A DNA stretch of 62,808 nt, counting the filler, from Choristocarpus tenellus KU-1152 (Eukaryota; Protista; Phaeophyceae), in assembly GCA_964200185.2 (NCBI GenBank). It is 12 parts of 12 records of this genome, joined end to end, with 100 filler letters (N's around TTAATTAATTAA, not from the genome) between each part and the next. Parts side by side here need not be neighbours in the genome. Positions count along the whole stretch, not along the records: positions 1 to 4,013 come from CAXNAD020016668.1; positions 4,114 to 8,047 come from CAXNAD020017068.1; positions 8,148 to 13,646 come from CAXNAD020010603.1; positions 13,747 to 17,841 come from CAXNAD020016247.1; 8 more parts are not named here. The stretch is one strand, 5' to 3'. A model generated the notes under the pieces. It made no database searches. It saw nothing but the letters and a program-made list of their open reading frames with translations, and had not been told where the DNA came from. Both the position numbers and the translations under genes were made by a program. This document shows, in pieces, positions 1-13,771 of this stretch; position 1 is the stretch's first letter, and each line of letters begins with the position of its first letter.

Positions 1-226
1 CTACACCAACTCCCCCCTCCACGTCCTTGGTACCAAGACTGTAACTGTCAACGCTGGCCGCATCGTTGTGCCCTCCCCCCCCCTTACAACTACCAGAACC
101 TCCAAGGAGGCGTTGGTCATTTCCGGCCACAGGAGCGGGGTCGAGAGAGTGGGGTGAGCGTGCGCAAGCTTGGCGAGCATGATGCACAAAGCCATTGCTG
201 CTTCCATTGCTGCTGCTGGTACCCTG
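1..226 (-). CDS. Probable coding exon of an unknown low-complexity protein, running off the window start
   Basis: Pyrimidine/CA-rich tract, then cacgcag|gcag acceptor near 230. An open frame follows (QGTSSSNGSSNGFVHHARQACARSPHSLDPAPVAGNDQRLLGG...DSYSLGTKDVE). No domain recognised. Confidence 0.35.
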
Positions 227-949
227 CCTGCGTGGTGGGGGTGTGTGTGTGAGTGTGAGGGGGGAGGGAGATGGGGCAAGGGAAGAGCAATGATTAACCA
301 GGGAGCCAGTAGTAGGGGAATGGAATGAAAAAGACATCAAATGTGGTCATGACAAAAAAAAAAAACGTAGTTGCAGAACTTGGCAGTCTGAAATTACTGT
401 GGTGTATGTTCCCATAGTGTATGTTCCCATAGTGTATATTTTCCCTTAGTTGAGTCCTTAGTTGAGTCAGATACATGACTCACACTTCGTATGGAACGTC
501 TGAGCCAAGCCTCAAGAACCACTAACGAAAACAAGGTACTAAGTTGAGGCTTGGGGATAGGACTTGCTCATTGTACAGACGCTCATTCCTGGCGTTAGGG
601 TCCAACATCATACCTGACCAAAGGACGATTCCCCCGTAAAGCTGCAAGGTGATCCAACGAATCTCCTGTCCTCACAGCTGGCCCAGCAGCTGCTTCCATG
701 GTGCTGGCAAGGTTGCAGGAGGCAGCAAATGCACCCTCCATCTCTTCCAGCCGTGATAAATCATAAGAACCTCGCCTAATTTTGCCCAGATATTTGAATC
801 GTAACACACGTTATTTAGAGTGGAACACTGCGACCACTGAGAAACGGAAAAGGCATAATTGCATACACATACACATTTCAAGCGGACCAAGTTTCATATT
901 TCATACGTTTGGAGACTGGTTGGAGACCATCATCGGATGAGAAAGTGGG

Positions 950-2235
950 GGAAGAACAAAGATAACAAATTTGTCTTGGTCACGGAGAAGATGTCAGACT
1001 ATGAATGAATGGGGAGGGGGGGGGGAGTGCAGTGAATAAGAATGAGTGCACTGATCCTCGTCCACAACATTTGGATTCGGTTCTGGGGAATTGGCGATAT
1101 TAGGGACCAGGACACAACGTATTAATTGTGATTTATGTATTTTCAGGAGAATAGTCACCACAGCAAGATTCGTGTTCCATATCACAGCAAGATCCGTATT
1201 CCATATTGAAATCTAGTACCAAACATCGTGCAAGTACTGCAATTCATTTCGTTCACCAACATCTATACCACAGCAGGGTGTGCCTCCCAATTTGTCTACA
1301 GAAGGCACAATGCACTCATTTGAAGATTTGTATCTTTCCTCAAGCACAGATTGATATCTTTCCGCCTATGTTTCTCCCACGACAGCTTGATCCACCTACA
1401 GACAATAGCATCCCCAAGGCATTCACGACATCTTCCATCCAAGAGTTTCTTCACATACCCCCTATCAACCCACTTGTACGTGGTCGATGCCTTCGCGCCT
1501 TCCGGTAGCCTTGAGGTAGCACCGTCGTTTTTGGCTTGGAGCTGAGGCTTGAATGTATGGTTGGAGTCGGGGCTGCCTGATTTGCGCTGTTTTCGAAGCT
1601 GTTTCAATATATTACGAGCAGAAATATCAGTAGCCACGACGTCATGTTGGGTGGGGAGGGACTCACTTGCAATAATAGAAGGGCGGGTAAAACAGCTTTG
1701 TCTCCGTAAGAATATGATAGACATAGTCAAGAAAGTCTCTCGGGGGTGTCCGTCTCGTCTGTGCACTTCATTGGCAAGACGCTTCTGCATCTCTGATAGC
1801 AAGCACACCAGACCCCAATACGAGGAGGCAAGCACTGCCCTGGTACCGCAGACAAAACAAATGCACCATGAAGTCATTATAATACGTCATCTTTGATGCA
1901 TAGATCGTACCTCTGATGCCCGCTTTATGCGTTCTTTCCTCTCTCTCGCCCAGGCAGACGGGTCATAGTCCTTGCCACTAGCCTGGGTCATAATGATCTC
2001 CACTCACACGGCGCCGTTTCGTCCTCTCTATTAGTGGCAATCGCACATCCCCCGCAACCTATTAGCCACAGTCAGATTCCTCAAGCGGATGGGAAGTAAT
2101 GGCCAGGTAGTAGCAAGTAGACTTGGAACCACCTACGTGTTCGAAGACAAAGAAACGGGATGTAGTCGTAGAGTATAACCCATTCACTCTCAGAAAAACC
2201 GTCGTCCAGGAAATCGGACTGATAACCAAGAAATG
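950..2235 (-). mobile_element. Degenerate Ty1/Copia-like LTR retrotransposon 5' region (PBS plus gag)
   Basis: The minus strand reads ttGGTTATCAGTCC near 2230, resembling a Copia PBS. A gag-like ORF follows at 1296-1877 (SEMQKRLANEVHRRDGHPRETF...LPTQHDVV), then a VLVPNIANS remnant near 1100. The match is by motif resemblance only. Confidence 0.45.
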
Positions 2236-3349
2236 CCTGATTTAGATCTTATGTAGGAAACAAACATATTGAAAAAAGTAGAGTACAAATTCAGTTTATA
2301 TATGAAAATATGTGTCAACAATTGAGTATTATTTTACTCTTGACTACTTTATGTAACATATTCACCCTTAATATATCATACAAATCTTGAAAGTACCCCT
2401 TCATTATTATATTAGCACCATGATTCGCAACAATGAATGGTAATGATTTCTACATCGTTAAAACAAACGTCTACATAACAATGGAGGGAAATTCGTACTT
2501 ATTCGTAGACATCCGTGTCAATACGGCTTAGCAAGCCGTGTTCGCTTGTCAGTTTCTTGTATCAACTATCCTATCAATGTAAGGAACCTCTCCGTTTTGA
2601 CCTAACCTATGTAAGGTTGTGCTTGACATAATATGACTGTTGAAATGTCCAACAGGGCCCACTCGCACTTGACTACTACAACAGGCAAACGGAGAATCCT
2701 GACTACGGCTTTCATGGCACTTGTGGAAGATGCTCGCTACCTCAAGAACTTGATCTTTTGAGAAATTGCAACTAACTACGTAAGAATCTGAAGGGGAATA
2801 TGAAAAATGAGAGGAAAAATGAGAAAATCTGAGCGATGATTATTATGCGTTCAAAGTAACCACCTTAAAGGTATCGACATCCCAGTTGAAAAATCAGGCT
2901 TACGGAAAGGATCGAAAGACGACGGTACAGATTTGTGGATAATAAATCCATAAAATTCATGGAGGACTGGCGTACTGGGGAGATCAAAACAACTGCAACT
3001 CATCACAAAAAGAGACCACAGTCACAAAACACAAGTAACACCATCCACAGCGAAGACTTGAATTGATGGATATGAGCTCCAGCCTAGCACCCCCCTACAT
3101 CAATCTATGAGCCAACCAAGTCAATCATTCAAACAGTCAAAGATTATGTGAGCTTCCTTATACCTGATAGTGAGAGTCTACACACAATTTGACCTAGGTA
3201 CTGTTACAGGTTGTATTACAAAAAAGTACGTTTTTCCTGACCAGAGTCGAAGTCACATCAGTCTTTTTTCAGGGAAACTTCATGCATTCATCTGTGCACC
3301 ACAAGGCAAAAACAACAATGAAACGGTTACCTATCTGTACCCTCTTACG

Positions 3350-3396
3350 TGTAGTTGTTGTAGTTGTTGTAGTTGTTGTAGTTGTTGTAGTTGTAG
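3350..3396. repeat. (GTAGTTGTT)n microsatellite
   Basis: About 5 tandem 9-mers, directly visible. Confidence 0.9.
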
Positions 3397-4013
3397 AAGT
3401 GTGTGTAATATGGGAAGGCTTTATTGCAGCCTGGTAAGTACTATGAACAAGATTCCAAGGAAGAGGTACTCTGACGATATGTGGGATGAAGACGAAATGC
3501 AACTGAGAGAAAAATCCAAGGCACGTGTGGGGAGGTGCAATTGCTCAAAGTGTAAGAAACGTCACTACATAATAGTAGCTGCACTTCGTGAGAAATCTTG
3601 TGTACAGTGAATACCACTAGCACCTCGGATCACTTCAGATTGAAGGGAGTGGAAAGACCCACACAAGGAAGGGAATGGAGAGAGACAAGACAGGAGGGTG
3701 AGCAACCCCTCAGAAGGGCTCTCAGGGAACAATGAACAGGCAAGAAGTGAGGGAGGATTGTAAGATCCACTCGAACCACCCGATATTTACTTCAACAAGT
3801 AATGCAGATGTCATATGAAGCAACAGACGTTGAAGTGTTGAAGTACATCTTCTCAAGGAAGGTCACCTTAAAGGTATAACTTATTTGGAAGATGACTATC
3901 ACAAATAGTAGATAATAACAATGATATTGATAATGATAATGAGAGGGTTGATTTTTAAAGACGTTTTGTTAAATATTTATTTCAGACTCAAAGTATCTGT
4001 GTGTGTGGGGGGG

Positions 4014-4113
4014 NNNNNNNNNNNNNNNNNNNNNNNNNNNNNNNNNNNNNNNNNNNNTTAATTAATTAANNNNNNNNNNNNNNNNNNNNNNNNNNNNNNN
4101 NNNNNNNNNNNNN
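4014..4113. other. Artificial contig spacer N44-TTAATTAATTAA-N44 (first of 11)
   Basis: Identical 100-nt spacers also at 8048-8147, 13647-13746, 17842-17941, 21754-21853, 28588-28687, 36149-36248, 40743-40842, 44115-44214, 49943-50042 and 52626-52725. The core gives stops in all six frames. Confidence 0.97.
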
Positions 4114-4906
4114 TTCCCTTGTCTTGACCCAAAGTCGCCCCGGGTGCGACCCCCCCCCCCCCCCGAGATACTTTGGGTCTGAATGCATGGACTTTGTACG
4201 GCGTTGCAAGGCCTGATGTTGCCACTGCACAAGCATCCTCAACGTTTGGGATGTTCCATCGGTACACCACACATCCTTCCGGAATGGGCGACCAAAGCTA
4301 AGGTCCCCCTTGCCTCGTTGTGGGATCTGTACGAGCGTGAGAAGGTGTAGAAGGTCAAGAGGTAGAGTAATCCAGTTCCCTCAGGCCAGTAGAAAGTCAA
4401 GAGGGTGGGTTTCGTCATCAGTCACACACACAGAAGGGGGGAAGGAGTGGTAGTAGTGGACCTGTTACAGGCGAATAGCACAAGTACTTTTTCCCGCGAT
4501 CTAACCAGCACGAGCAGTGTATTTGCGAGTGGAACCCCAATAACTTTGAAGGGAACTCTAATTTGCTAAAGGTTGCAGAGCAAAATCTGTAACTTGGGAA
4601 TGTATGCAACGGTTTTCAGGTGTATTTCAACGTCTGTAAACTGGAACAAATAAATGATAAGTGATGATAAAGAGGCCCTCACGTCTCATACTTCTGATAT
4701 CTATTTTCACGTAAGTGCTTATTGACTCAGAAGTGTACCTTTATCTGCTGACCTCATATTCACCATCCTCATTGAACCTTTTGACTGTCGGAGTATCCCA
4801 GGAGTCCTGTTCAAGCATCAGCACCATCTATAGGTCTTTGGATTGGAACTACACATCCCGAGGAGGTAAGCCTTGGAGCGTGCTGTAAAAGACCATCTAT
4901 ATCACA

Positions 4907-5590
4907 TGGGTGCATGTGGACGAGAAGTGGCTTTACATCCTCAAAGATGATATGTACCTGCACCCCACTTGAGGACTCCCCTAAACGCTCACGGACACAG
5001 AATAAGGGTTACATTACAAAGGTGATGTTCCTTGCAGTTGTGGCCCGCCCTAGGAAACTCTCCAACGGGATGTGGTTCGATGGAAAAATCTGTACCTGGC
5101 CAATTGTACACACTAAGATCGCTCAGTTTTTCAGCAAACATCGCCACAGAGGCACCAAGGTGCTTGTGCCAGTCACAGTGAATGGAGAGAGGTATAAGAA
5201 GCTCATGGTCGATGATGTCATCTCACAATCAAGGCCCACATGCCTAGGCCGGAAGGATATGCTGTCTTTGTACAGCAGTACTGGGCAAAGCCACACATCA
5301 AGGGGAGATCATGGATCCAATCGAGGAGGTGGTGGGAGATGACATTGTCATAGAGACCCACCCAGTCAGCTCTCCTCACCTCGACGTAAAAAAACCGAGA
5401 CTCTTTCATTCCATCTAGTAAACTGAAGGAAGATGAGGGGGTGACCAACATAGAGGAGCTGGTGGAGCCCACGATGGAGGCATTCGATATGTACCCCTGG
5501 GAGATACTAGAGCGCGTCTGGTAGAACCTCTTTCGGAATAAAACATGAGGTGGTGGGGTCCAAGGGTAGCAACTTCTTCCAAATTCTCCA
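4907..5590 (+). mobile_element. Mariner-like (plant-type DD39D) transposase pseudogene
   Basis: Motifs WVHVDEKWLY, ITKVMFLAVVARPR, WFDGKIC.WP, degenerate QQ(Y)WAKPH and SP(H)LDV, and IEELV. Frameshifts and stops are present. Confidence 0.85.
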
Positions 5591-6299
5591 TCCTAGCAAG
5601 GAAAATGCTGAGAAGGCAGGCAAGCTCCCCCGAATGTTTGGGTGGATGTATAAAAAAACCGTGCTGGAATGACGTTTTGGAGGGCTTCAGGGGTGGAATC
5701 ATAGATATGTGTAGGCTGCCCCATTCTGGTTGAGATTTTGGTGGGCAACCTTTTAGTGTCTGCACGATATACCCGTAAAATACGAACAATTGAAAAAAAC
5801 CTCCTCCTTCTTTGTAAGGGTCGTGAAATTTATGTTACATTCGATTCCGAACGAAGAAAATAACTTTTATACTCCAACAAGGGTTCAATCACTGGAAATT
5901 ATCCACACTTGTTCTTGATTGAAGGTTTGGTCGTACAGGGCATAGCAAAGTATGCCTTATGATTTTCCTTGGAACGTGTCACCTATTCTTAATCACCAAA
6001 TTCCTGTACTACACCGTGCGCGAGGCAAAGGCAAACCTTCTGTTTCATTATCCACCATCTGGATATGCCAGCTGCATCGGAAAGTTGGCGCTTGAATAGC
6101 TGTTGATTGAGAGGTCAGTTACTTCTGTACCTGCACAAGGTGGTGAGCGACAACTAGCGAACGGAGGGGTGTCATTGTGCAACATGTATGCTCGACTTTT
6201 CAAGTGAACGGTGCTTCGTGTTGCTATGAATTGGGGGGCAACTATAGTGGACAAACTGCAGCCACCTCGATTCGTATAGACTTGGTAAAACATGGAGAG

Positions 6300-7990
6300 T
6301 GCAGGAGAGAGCGAATAAGCAGTAAAAGCACGAATGGACGGCGAGAGTGAGTATGCGAACGCTACCAAACCTACTCTACAAAACACTGCAAACACGGTGC
6401 ATGCAGTAACGCGGCCAGCGTCCCCACCCTGCATAGCTTCGCGGCCGTCCCCTAATTAAAGGAAGACAACGAAGCGCTAACGTCTCGGAAGTCGTTGATG
6501 CAACCACCATGCGCGAATGCCTTCACACCTTGTTGCAAGAGTATTCCCAAGAGAGGACGAGGCGTCTCAGCTACTAATAATGCCACTATACATATACTTT
6601 CCCCCCAATTGGAAGAGAGTAGATGGCGGGATGAATCCAGGCCGGCTCAAGAAGTCGACAAAACCATGAAGGATGGATCCAGGACATACCAAGGATGTTT
6701 GCCGAGTCTGCGAGACATCTACGGTGACACATCTATCATAAAGAGTTTCGCGGAGGGTCTTCCTGGGTTACAGACTCTAAAGACATATCTACGGGCAATC
6801 CTCTTAATGAGGGCATTGCCAATAGTCCTCTTTTTCACCGATGAATCACCATAGATCTTCAGTTCCAGTTCTGAGAAGAAGTTCCATAGAGTCGCTGTCT
6901 CTGTCCTTGAGTGATGATTGTTTCATTGATACCCTCTCGAGTGATTTTTTTTCTTTGAGGTCATCATGAATTATTCTCATTGGTTGGGTTGTGTTGAGAG
7001 TGGCTCCAATTCAAACATCAGACTTGACCTGGAGTTGTTAAGAGACTTTCCCGTTGAGGATTGTCCTCTTGCACCTTGCTCGTGAAGTTACATGAATTGC
7101 CTTGAAAACACTTTGACCATGCACCTTGTTTGTCAGATTTCATTCTTTCCGTCACCTTCATCCTGTTCCTGTCCACCTCATCGCTGTTTCGTCAACACGA
7201 CTCGGTTGCTGTTGTCACCACCCACAATCGGAGATTTCAGCCATTGATTAACAAGTTGGAGGGAGTGTCAATATTGCCTTTTTTGAAACTGGTCCACAAT
7301 ACCACATGTATAATGCCACTGTACAACAAACACCAACTAATATTTCACATTTTTGTGAGATGTCCACAATATCAAATTGATCTCATTTTGGGAGAGCCAG
7401 AAGCCACCCATATGACTACACAATAGTATGGTAAACAAACAACATAATATACAACGGGCATATGAACTTTCGAGACGGAATATTTGTGAGGTGACTTTTA
7501 CATAACGATTACAACTTCACTGAACATACAATCCCTATTTATGAAGTTGATACAGCTGTGTGGCTACACAATCCCCATAGTTCTCCTAATCCCAAGCTGT
7601 TGTACTCGTTGAGAGGACCATATGAAATAAAAGAGAGAAGTCTGGTAGTCTACTGTGCAAGGGTACAGGCTGACCTTCAAGAAGTCACCCTGTGTGTCCC
7701 ACACCTTAAGCCCCACGCAGAAGGTCACCCCGCTGAACTATAGATTGTACAATGTTTGTTGGTTCAACCACCTTTAAGGTCATACTTTGTTGGGGGCATT
7801 AGTGACCATAAACCTGGAGTAGGTCGTAAATCCCCACACGTCTGTTCATATCGACTTTGTTGATTTAGAGGTTTTGCATCAGTTAGTAATGTTTGGCAGA
7901 AAGCAAGAGAAATTCCTTTGTGTGCAAGAGCTTAATGCAGCATATAGTTTACTGCACAACCTGGATGCTCCCCCGGACAAAAGTGTACTG
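6300..7990 (+). mobile_element. Degenerate Ty3/Gypsy remnant (gag-like part, integrase GPY/F region, chromodomain)
   Basis: 6495-6854 is gag-like (LRDIYGDTSIIKSFAEGLPGL). 7558-7743 carries VWLHNP...KLLYSLRGPYEIKE (GPY/F motif). About 7780-7870 reads YFVGGISDHKPGVGRKSP, which is chromodomain-like. Confidence 0.65.
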
Positions 7991-8246
7991 GCGCTTAAGT
8001 CTTCAAAAATACCCAAAGTATCTGGGGGGGGGGAGAAGGGTCTACACNNNNNNNNNNNNNNNNNNNNNNNNNNNNNNNNNNNNNNNNNNNNTTAATTAAT
8101 TAANNNNNNNNNNNNNNNNNNNNNNNNNNNNNNNNNNNNNNNNNNNNCCCCCTCCCTCAGATACTTTGGGTCTCTATCCATTTCTAGTTTTGTTTTTTGT
8201 TTTTTTTGTTTTTTCGAACCACTCAGCCAAAAGTAAACATATCATA

Positions 8247-8637
8247 TCAGAGTTCAAAGTAACAATCAACCCCATCATCATCCATTGAGCGATGGCCCTT
8301 CCCCGAAAGTATATGATCGACCTCATCGACCAATAAGTCGCAACCGTTTGTTGAACTGGAGTCTGTCCTTAGATAGAACTGGACCACCTTTTGAAAGTCA
8401 CTCCATCCCGGCCGTGAGGAAGTCTGTACCTGACACGCCTGGGTTCTGTGGTGCGATACAACCTCATGACTTACCCCGAGGCTCCTGAGCATGCCAACAA
8501 ACTCTGCCTCGTCCATCCCACAGCACGTGCTCATGTCCTTCAATCTCGTCCCCTTTCCCCCTCCGCTTGAGGTCTTTGCACCTGACTGGCGAGTATTGTG
8601 TGTCACCTTCTGCCAATGTCTCCAACGGAAAGTGGGC
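8247..8637 (-). CDS. Candidate exon(s) of an unknown protein
   Basis: Open frame ...GMDEAEFVGMLRSLG with a strong ggg|GTAAGT donor near 8474. The frame stays open to a stop at 8247. No family recognised. Confidence 0.3.
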
Positions 8638-9067
8638 CTACGTTAGCCACCTTCGGCACACATATTACCCCAGAAGGATTTCTATCGTAGTGGGATGGAT
8701 GAGCGTTTCAGGAGGGCAGATAGGTGTTGCTGGTGGGGATGGATGAGTGTCAGAATCTTAAGGGTTACATCTTGGGCGCACGTTCTGGAGAACTGGTGGC
8801 GTTATGGACCAGACTGACAGAATCAGACACACTGAAGGGCGATTTAGACGTTGTGAGTAAGGAGGTATCTTTGGACCAGAGGTTGAGGTTGATGCTGTGG
8901 AATATGGGGAAGCAGTGATAAAAACTCAGGGAAGGTTTGATAGTGTGAAGAAACCACCAATACGATATATACCGTTTTTAGCTGAAGACAATTAATTTTA
9001 CTAAGGTCTGCCAAGCTCTACTGGAGGGTCTACTAATTGCTGTTGCAGATTGGTATTTCCGACGACA

Positions 9068-9569
9068 GAGCCAAAGTAAAGCGAGAAGTACCCAGGTATT
9101 TTGCCGTTTTGTGATTGAGAGTATCTTAGAGGGTACGAGTTTTTCCTTGTTTGTCCAATTGGGGGTTAGCTTCCCAACGGGTTTTAATGGTATTTTACCT
9201 ACTCCAAAATGTTTCGGAGTAGGTAAAATGTATGCGTTATGAAACGTATGTCTGAAGGTGTGTCTGGAACAAGGATATTGACATCTCCTAATAAACACGA
9301 TAGACAAAATTACATCAATGTACAACATCGGATTTGGGTCCTCATAATATGGACGCAGCTCTACCCTGTATTTTAAGTCTGTTTTTCAATCTTTTGCAAT
9401 TCACCCATATTTTTATTATTCTATGGATGAAGTTCAAAGTTTGACTGCAAGAGTATCTATTTCTCCACTATTCAAAACTTTTCTGACACAATTCAGTTGA
9501 GATGTCCTGCGCACATTTGTAAAAAAAAAAGTCAAAATTTGCACATATTCCTCTCGTTTACTTTGATTC
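9068..9569. mobile_element. MITE family C copy with a nested family A MITE (about 9113-9368)
   Basis: Termini GAGCCAAAGTAAA...TTTACTTTGATTC with ACA/ACA flanks. The internal family A sequence runs GTATCTTAGAGGGTAC...GCTCTACCC. Confidence 0.75.
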
Positions 9570-12032
9570 ACACTGCTTACACACCCCCACTGACTCCCCT
9601 CAGATCATCCGAAGGATAATGCCTGATGGGCCCTATGTGAAAGACAAAAAAAGGTATTTCAAAGATGAAACTATAAATCCGCAACATGTCTGAAATCTAT
9701 GGAGAAAACAAGAACTCCACAACAATCGCTGTTCTTGGGGAAACAGACTTCGCAGTATAACTGTACGTACTAAAGTTTGGAGCACTCGGCAAATAAGCTC
9801 CAAGGGAGCAAAGAAAGATACAAGAAGCAATGTTGCTGACGACACGAGGCTGATTGATGTATACAGAGATTTCGGATCGTTTATGGTTCAGCTCAATCGA
9901 CCCTGTTTGCCTCACCCCGGACGTATTAATTGGACTATGCTTGCTTCCAAATCCCACAAAAATAAATGTGAGTAATTGTGCAGTGGTTGAAGGAAATGGA
10001 GTGTGTTAGAAGGGTTAGGCAATTTTTAAGAGGAAGGGAAGGGTGGCTCAGAAGTGATAGAATAGGACAGGGACCAGAAGCAGCGAGATTTTTTTAAAAA
10101 TACATTTAGCGGCTTTATGATACCTTCAAAGACGGAGTTGTTAGGGTACCAGCAGGGGCAATCATTGTATTCAATTGACCTCCTAGCTTCCCAGAGCTAT
10201 CACCCTCTCCTTTCAGCGATCGAGGATGAGAAGAGGAGGAGAGGGAGAGAGCTGGAGTGGAACAGGGAGTAGAGTGGCACATTGAAAGGCCCAGTGAGTC
10301 TGAGATTGGTTTCCGCGCTAAGGCAGCAGGAGTTCTCCCCACTGAAAAGTAGACAAGGACCTTGTGCAATCGATTTGAGTATCCCTGATGACATCGAATA
10401 AGCACAAAATTTGATCCATTTGGCATGTACGAAGAAGGTGGTTAGCAAAAGGAGAAAGCTCACGAAAAAATATGAGGTTTGTGACTGCTGGGAACAGGGC
10501 CAGGTAGTTGAGTGTATAGGTGGTGAAGGGTGGGGGGTAAAGGACAGACAGGAAGGTCAGTCAGCCCGATGAAAGCAAGAAGAAGTGACATATAAAGGGG
10601 AGGCCGGGTGTCCATTGGGGTCCTGCGTGACCCTGTAGTGATCTCCATGTCATTTGAGTGAATGTGTAAAATGTATGGGCAATTTTCGTCATCTGAGCAC
10701 ACCTTCCTTTTCCACCCCCTTGCCTGAACCAAATTAAAATTAAAATCACCTGCAAGACAGGCACAAACTTGGGTATCTTACAACACCTCATCAGGCCTCA
10801 AAAGGAAAACCTGGGCTAAACATCATCATGCCCCCTCTATGATACTATGGCCCAGTGTTTTGATTCACAGTGGATATTGCCAGCTTTGGATTGTGCGGAT
10901 TTGCCTAAGGATTAATCAGCAGATGCAGACTGTTTCGATACTGAGCAAAGTCCAGAGAATATCGTACAGTATGGAAGGCATACTTCATGCTAGGTTTTGG
11001 CTGGACCGCAGCAGTTCATACAGAACAGTGTTGTGAGACCAGTTCCATCAGGTCATGTTGTTGAAGTGCTCCAGTGCATATATTGCAAAAGAATTAAAGG
11101 GATAGTTTCCTGCTATTTTGTCCTTGCCTTCATAGCTGTCATGATCTCTGTTGACCCGAGGTCTGTTTCTTCCGAGCTGACTCTAACCACCTGCTAGAAT
11201 AGGTTGACCTTTTGGTGAGGCTCATATTTTTTGATAGCCAATTTCCAGGCCTTGTTTTTGCTCAGAGTCTGTGTTGTTTAGTCCTCAGGCACGACACAAG
11301 TAACAAAGGTTTAGGCCTGCTGTAAAGATTACTTGTGAGCCAAAGTAGACAAGCGCATTATTTTTTTTGAGGATGAAGACAAATATGTGAAAAATTTGAC
11401 TCTTAGTACAAAGACGTACTGGAACCTTTCTAGATTCTGTCGAAAGGTTTCAAACCAAGGAGAAGTCAACGCTCTCTCAAGTCAAACTCAGCTTTTCATC
11501 GGTAGAAATGTATGGGTGAATTGCAGAAGTCATTGAAAAAAAAAATGGCTGTAATCCAAAAACAGCCAAAACCTGTGTACCCCCCATATAATTCTTGCTC
11601 TGTGAACATGTTTGAAGTAGTATTTTTTCCAGGCAACACAATCCTGAGAAGGGCAAGGGATTACCTTCTTACTCCTGCTCTATGTTTCAGCCGAATGTTA
11701 GACGCATCAATTATTTCAAAGCAGTCCAAATTGGGATCGCATGGATCCCTCCTCACCCTTAAGAATAACCGACCCAAGCAATATCATCATTGACACAATC
11801 TCCACCATCCCTGCCATTCGTTGAATCTACGATTCCCTTGCCTGTGGAAGAAGGTGCCTCTCAAAGGCGAATTTTATCCTGTCTGGTATAAGCACGAACT
11901 TCTTCTTTGCAGGAGGATCAACACACCGTAAGAGCTCCGCCTGTCCCCCTCCCCAACGAAAATAAATTGAGGTTGAGGTTATGTTTGCTCAGAGGATGTT
12001 TATTTGAGGGAAACCTTGGAAGAGGAGACTGA

Positions 12033-12280
12033 TCGAGGTACTAAAGTGGACCGAGGTACTAAAGTGGGCCGAGGTACTAAAGTGAACCAGGTACTTAATC
12101 GAACCGAGGTACTGAAGTGGACCAAGGTACTTAATTGAATCGAGGTACGTAAGTGGACCGAGGTACTTAATTGAACCGAGGTACTTAAGTGGACAAAGGT
12201 ACTTAATTGAACCGAGGTACTTAAGTGGACAAAGGTACTTAATTGAACCGAGGTACTTAAGTGGACCGAGGTACTTGAGC
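12033..12280. repeat. 18-bp minisatellite, about 14 units, with alternating variants
   Basis: Units CCGAGGTACTTAAGTGGA and CC(G/A)AGGTACTTAATTGAA alternate, giving a 36-bp higher-order period. Confidence 0.95.
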
Positions 12281-13319
12281 AGCGCACAGGCATGGATTGA
12301 TTTGGTGGAAGATTGTGTTGTTGGATATCTGGCTCTGTCTGAAAGATCGAGTTTGTCTCGATGCCATCATAGAGGTAGGTTAATGGGTAGGCAAGAGACA
12401 CAACAACTGTAGAGATAGGGACAGGATAACTGTTCTGGGTGTACAACTTCCAGGACATGAGGATACAAGGGAAAGGGTTTTGTTTTCTGTTTAGATCCAG
12501 GGGAAAATGTATTTGTTTGATCCAAGATCTAGAGTATGGGCACATTGTGATAGTTAGACATTCGTGCCTTTGGATAAACATTTCTGGGTTATAGGTTTGA
12601 TTTGCTAGAAATATTTATCTACTCATAGCTCTTTGATAGTCAAACCAGCTTTTTTGTCAAAGGGATGCAGGGGTTCTGAACTGGCCGAGGTTGGGTCTTT
12701 TTGTGGGGAGGGATTTGACTTTGATGAACCACATCTCAAACACAACAGAACACTACGCGTGTACATTTGTGTCTGTTGCTAAAAAAGAAAAGAATGAGGA
12801 AAATCTGAATCGTTATGGCAAGCCTCGATTGAGGCAAGATGGGTACTACACGAGATTAGAGGGAGCAGGTGGAGTGACAAGGAATGAGATGACTGAATGA
12901 GGAAGAAAAAATGGAAGGCATGCACAGGACAGAGCAATTAATTGTAGTGCAACAACGAGATGGTGGTTGAGGAGTAGCAGTGTCGTGTGTCATGCCTTGA
13001 CCACAGTTTGGGGATAGATAGGGTTGAGTTAGGTTCCTAGTCCACAGACTAAAGTACAAGAAATAGACAACATCATAACATTTACTGTAACAATAATAAT
13101 ATTATTGATCAGATTATTACCAATACAATAACAATACAAACATCAACAATAACAACAATAGTAACAATAATACAGCTCCGATGTGGAATTTTTGGCCCTC
13201 TAGGTAGCGAAAGAATACATGTAGGATCAATCTAAATGGACTTATTTGTACACAAACAAAGGAGCACTATCTGAGTATCGATATCATGCCATCCTTCACA
13301 TCATTGACATTTCTCACCC

Positions 13320-13428
13320 GGACATCTGCAGCCCTGTCTTCCCATCCCTTAAGCAACGCCCAGCCCATCCACCCTCCCTCAGCCACCTCAGCTTTCTCTC
13401 TCAACTTGATCTCAAACTCCGATCTCCT
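13320..13428 (-). CDS. Candidate internal exon of an unknown protein
   Basis: Open frame RSEFEIKLREKAEVAEGGWMGWALLKGWEDRAADVR, preceded by AG and followed by a GTGAGA donor. Confidence 0.3.
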
Positions 13429-13771
13429 TGACAGTGTTGGTGCATCAGGAGCCGAAGTAATGGAGAGGCAGGCAAGGTTACATCTTAAGGACACCGACAA
13501 ACGACCAAAACAACCCCTTTTTTTTTCTTACACTTGCAAAAATAATCCTTGCTACACATTTAAGGTTTCGTTTTGTGTCGGAAGGGGGGGATAAATCGGG
13601 TGTATTGCTCAGGTTAAGAAGGCTCCAAGTATCTTGGGGGAGGGGGNNNNNNNNNNNNNNNNNNNNNNNNNNNNNNNNNNNNNNNNNNNNTTAATTAATT
13701 AANNNNNNNNNNNNNNNNNNNNNNNNNNNNNNNNNNNNNNNNNNNNCCCCCGCCCTACCTCCAACACAAAA

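Noticed and set aside
3170-3610. Cys-rich metallothionein-like ORF (CSCCSCC...)
   Set aside because: The Cys run is simply the translation of a GTAGTTGTT microsatellite.
4058-4069. Repeated palindrome TTAATTAATTAA as a biological motif
   Set aside because: Always centred in exactly 44+44 Ns, so it is a synthetic six-frame-stop spacer.
8010-8173. Single MITE spanning the spacer as evidence of a true scaffold join
   Set aside because: The left and right flanks give no matching TSD here or at 4014 and 36149, and unrelated truncated genes abut other spacers.
12033-12280. CRISPR-like array
   Set aside because: The units are contiguous with no unique spacers, the context is eukaryotic, and there are no cas genes.
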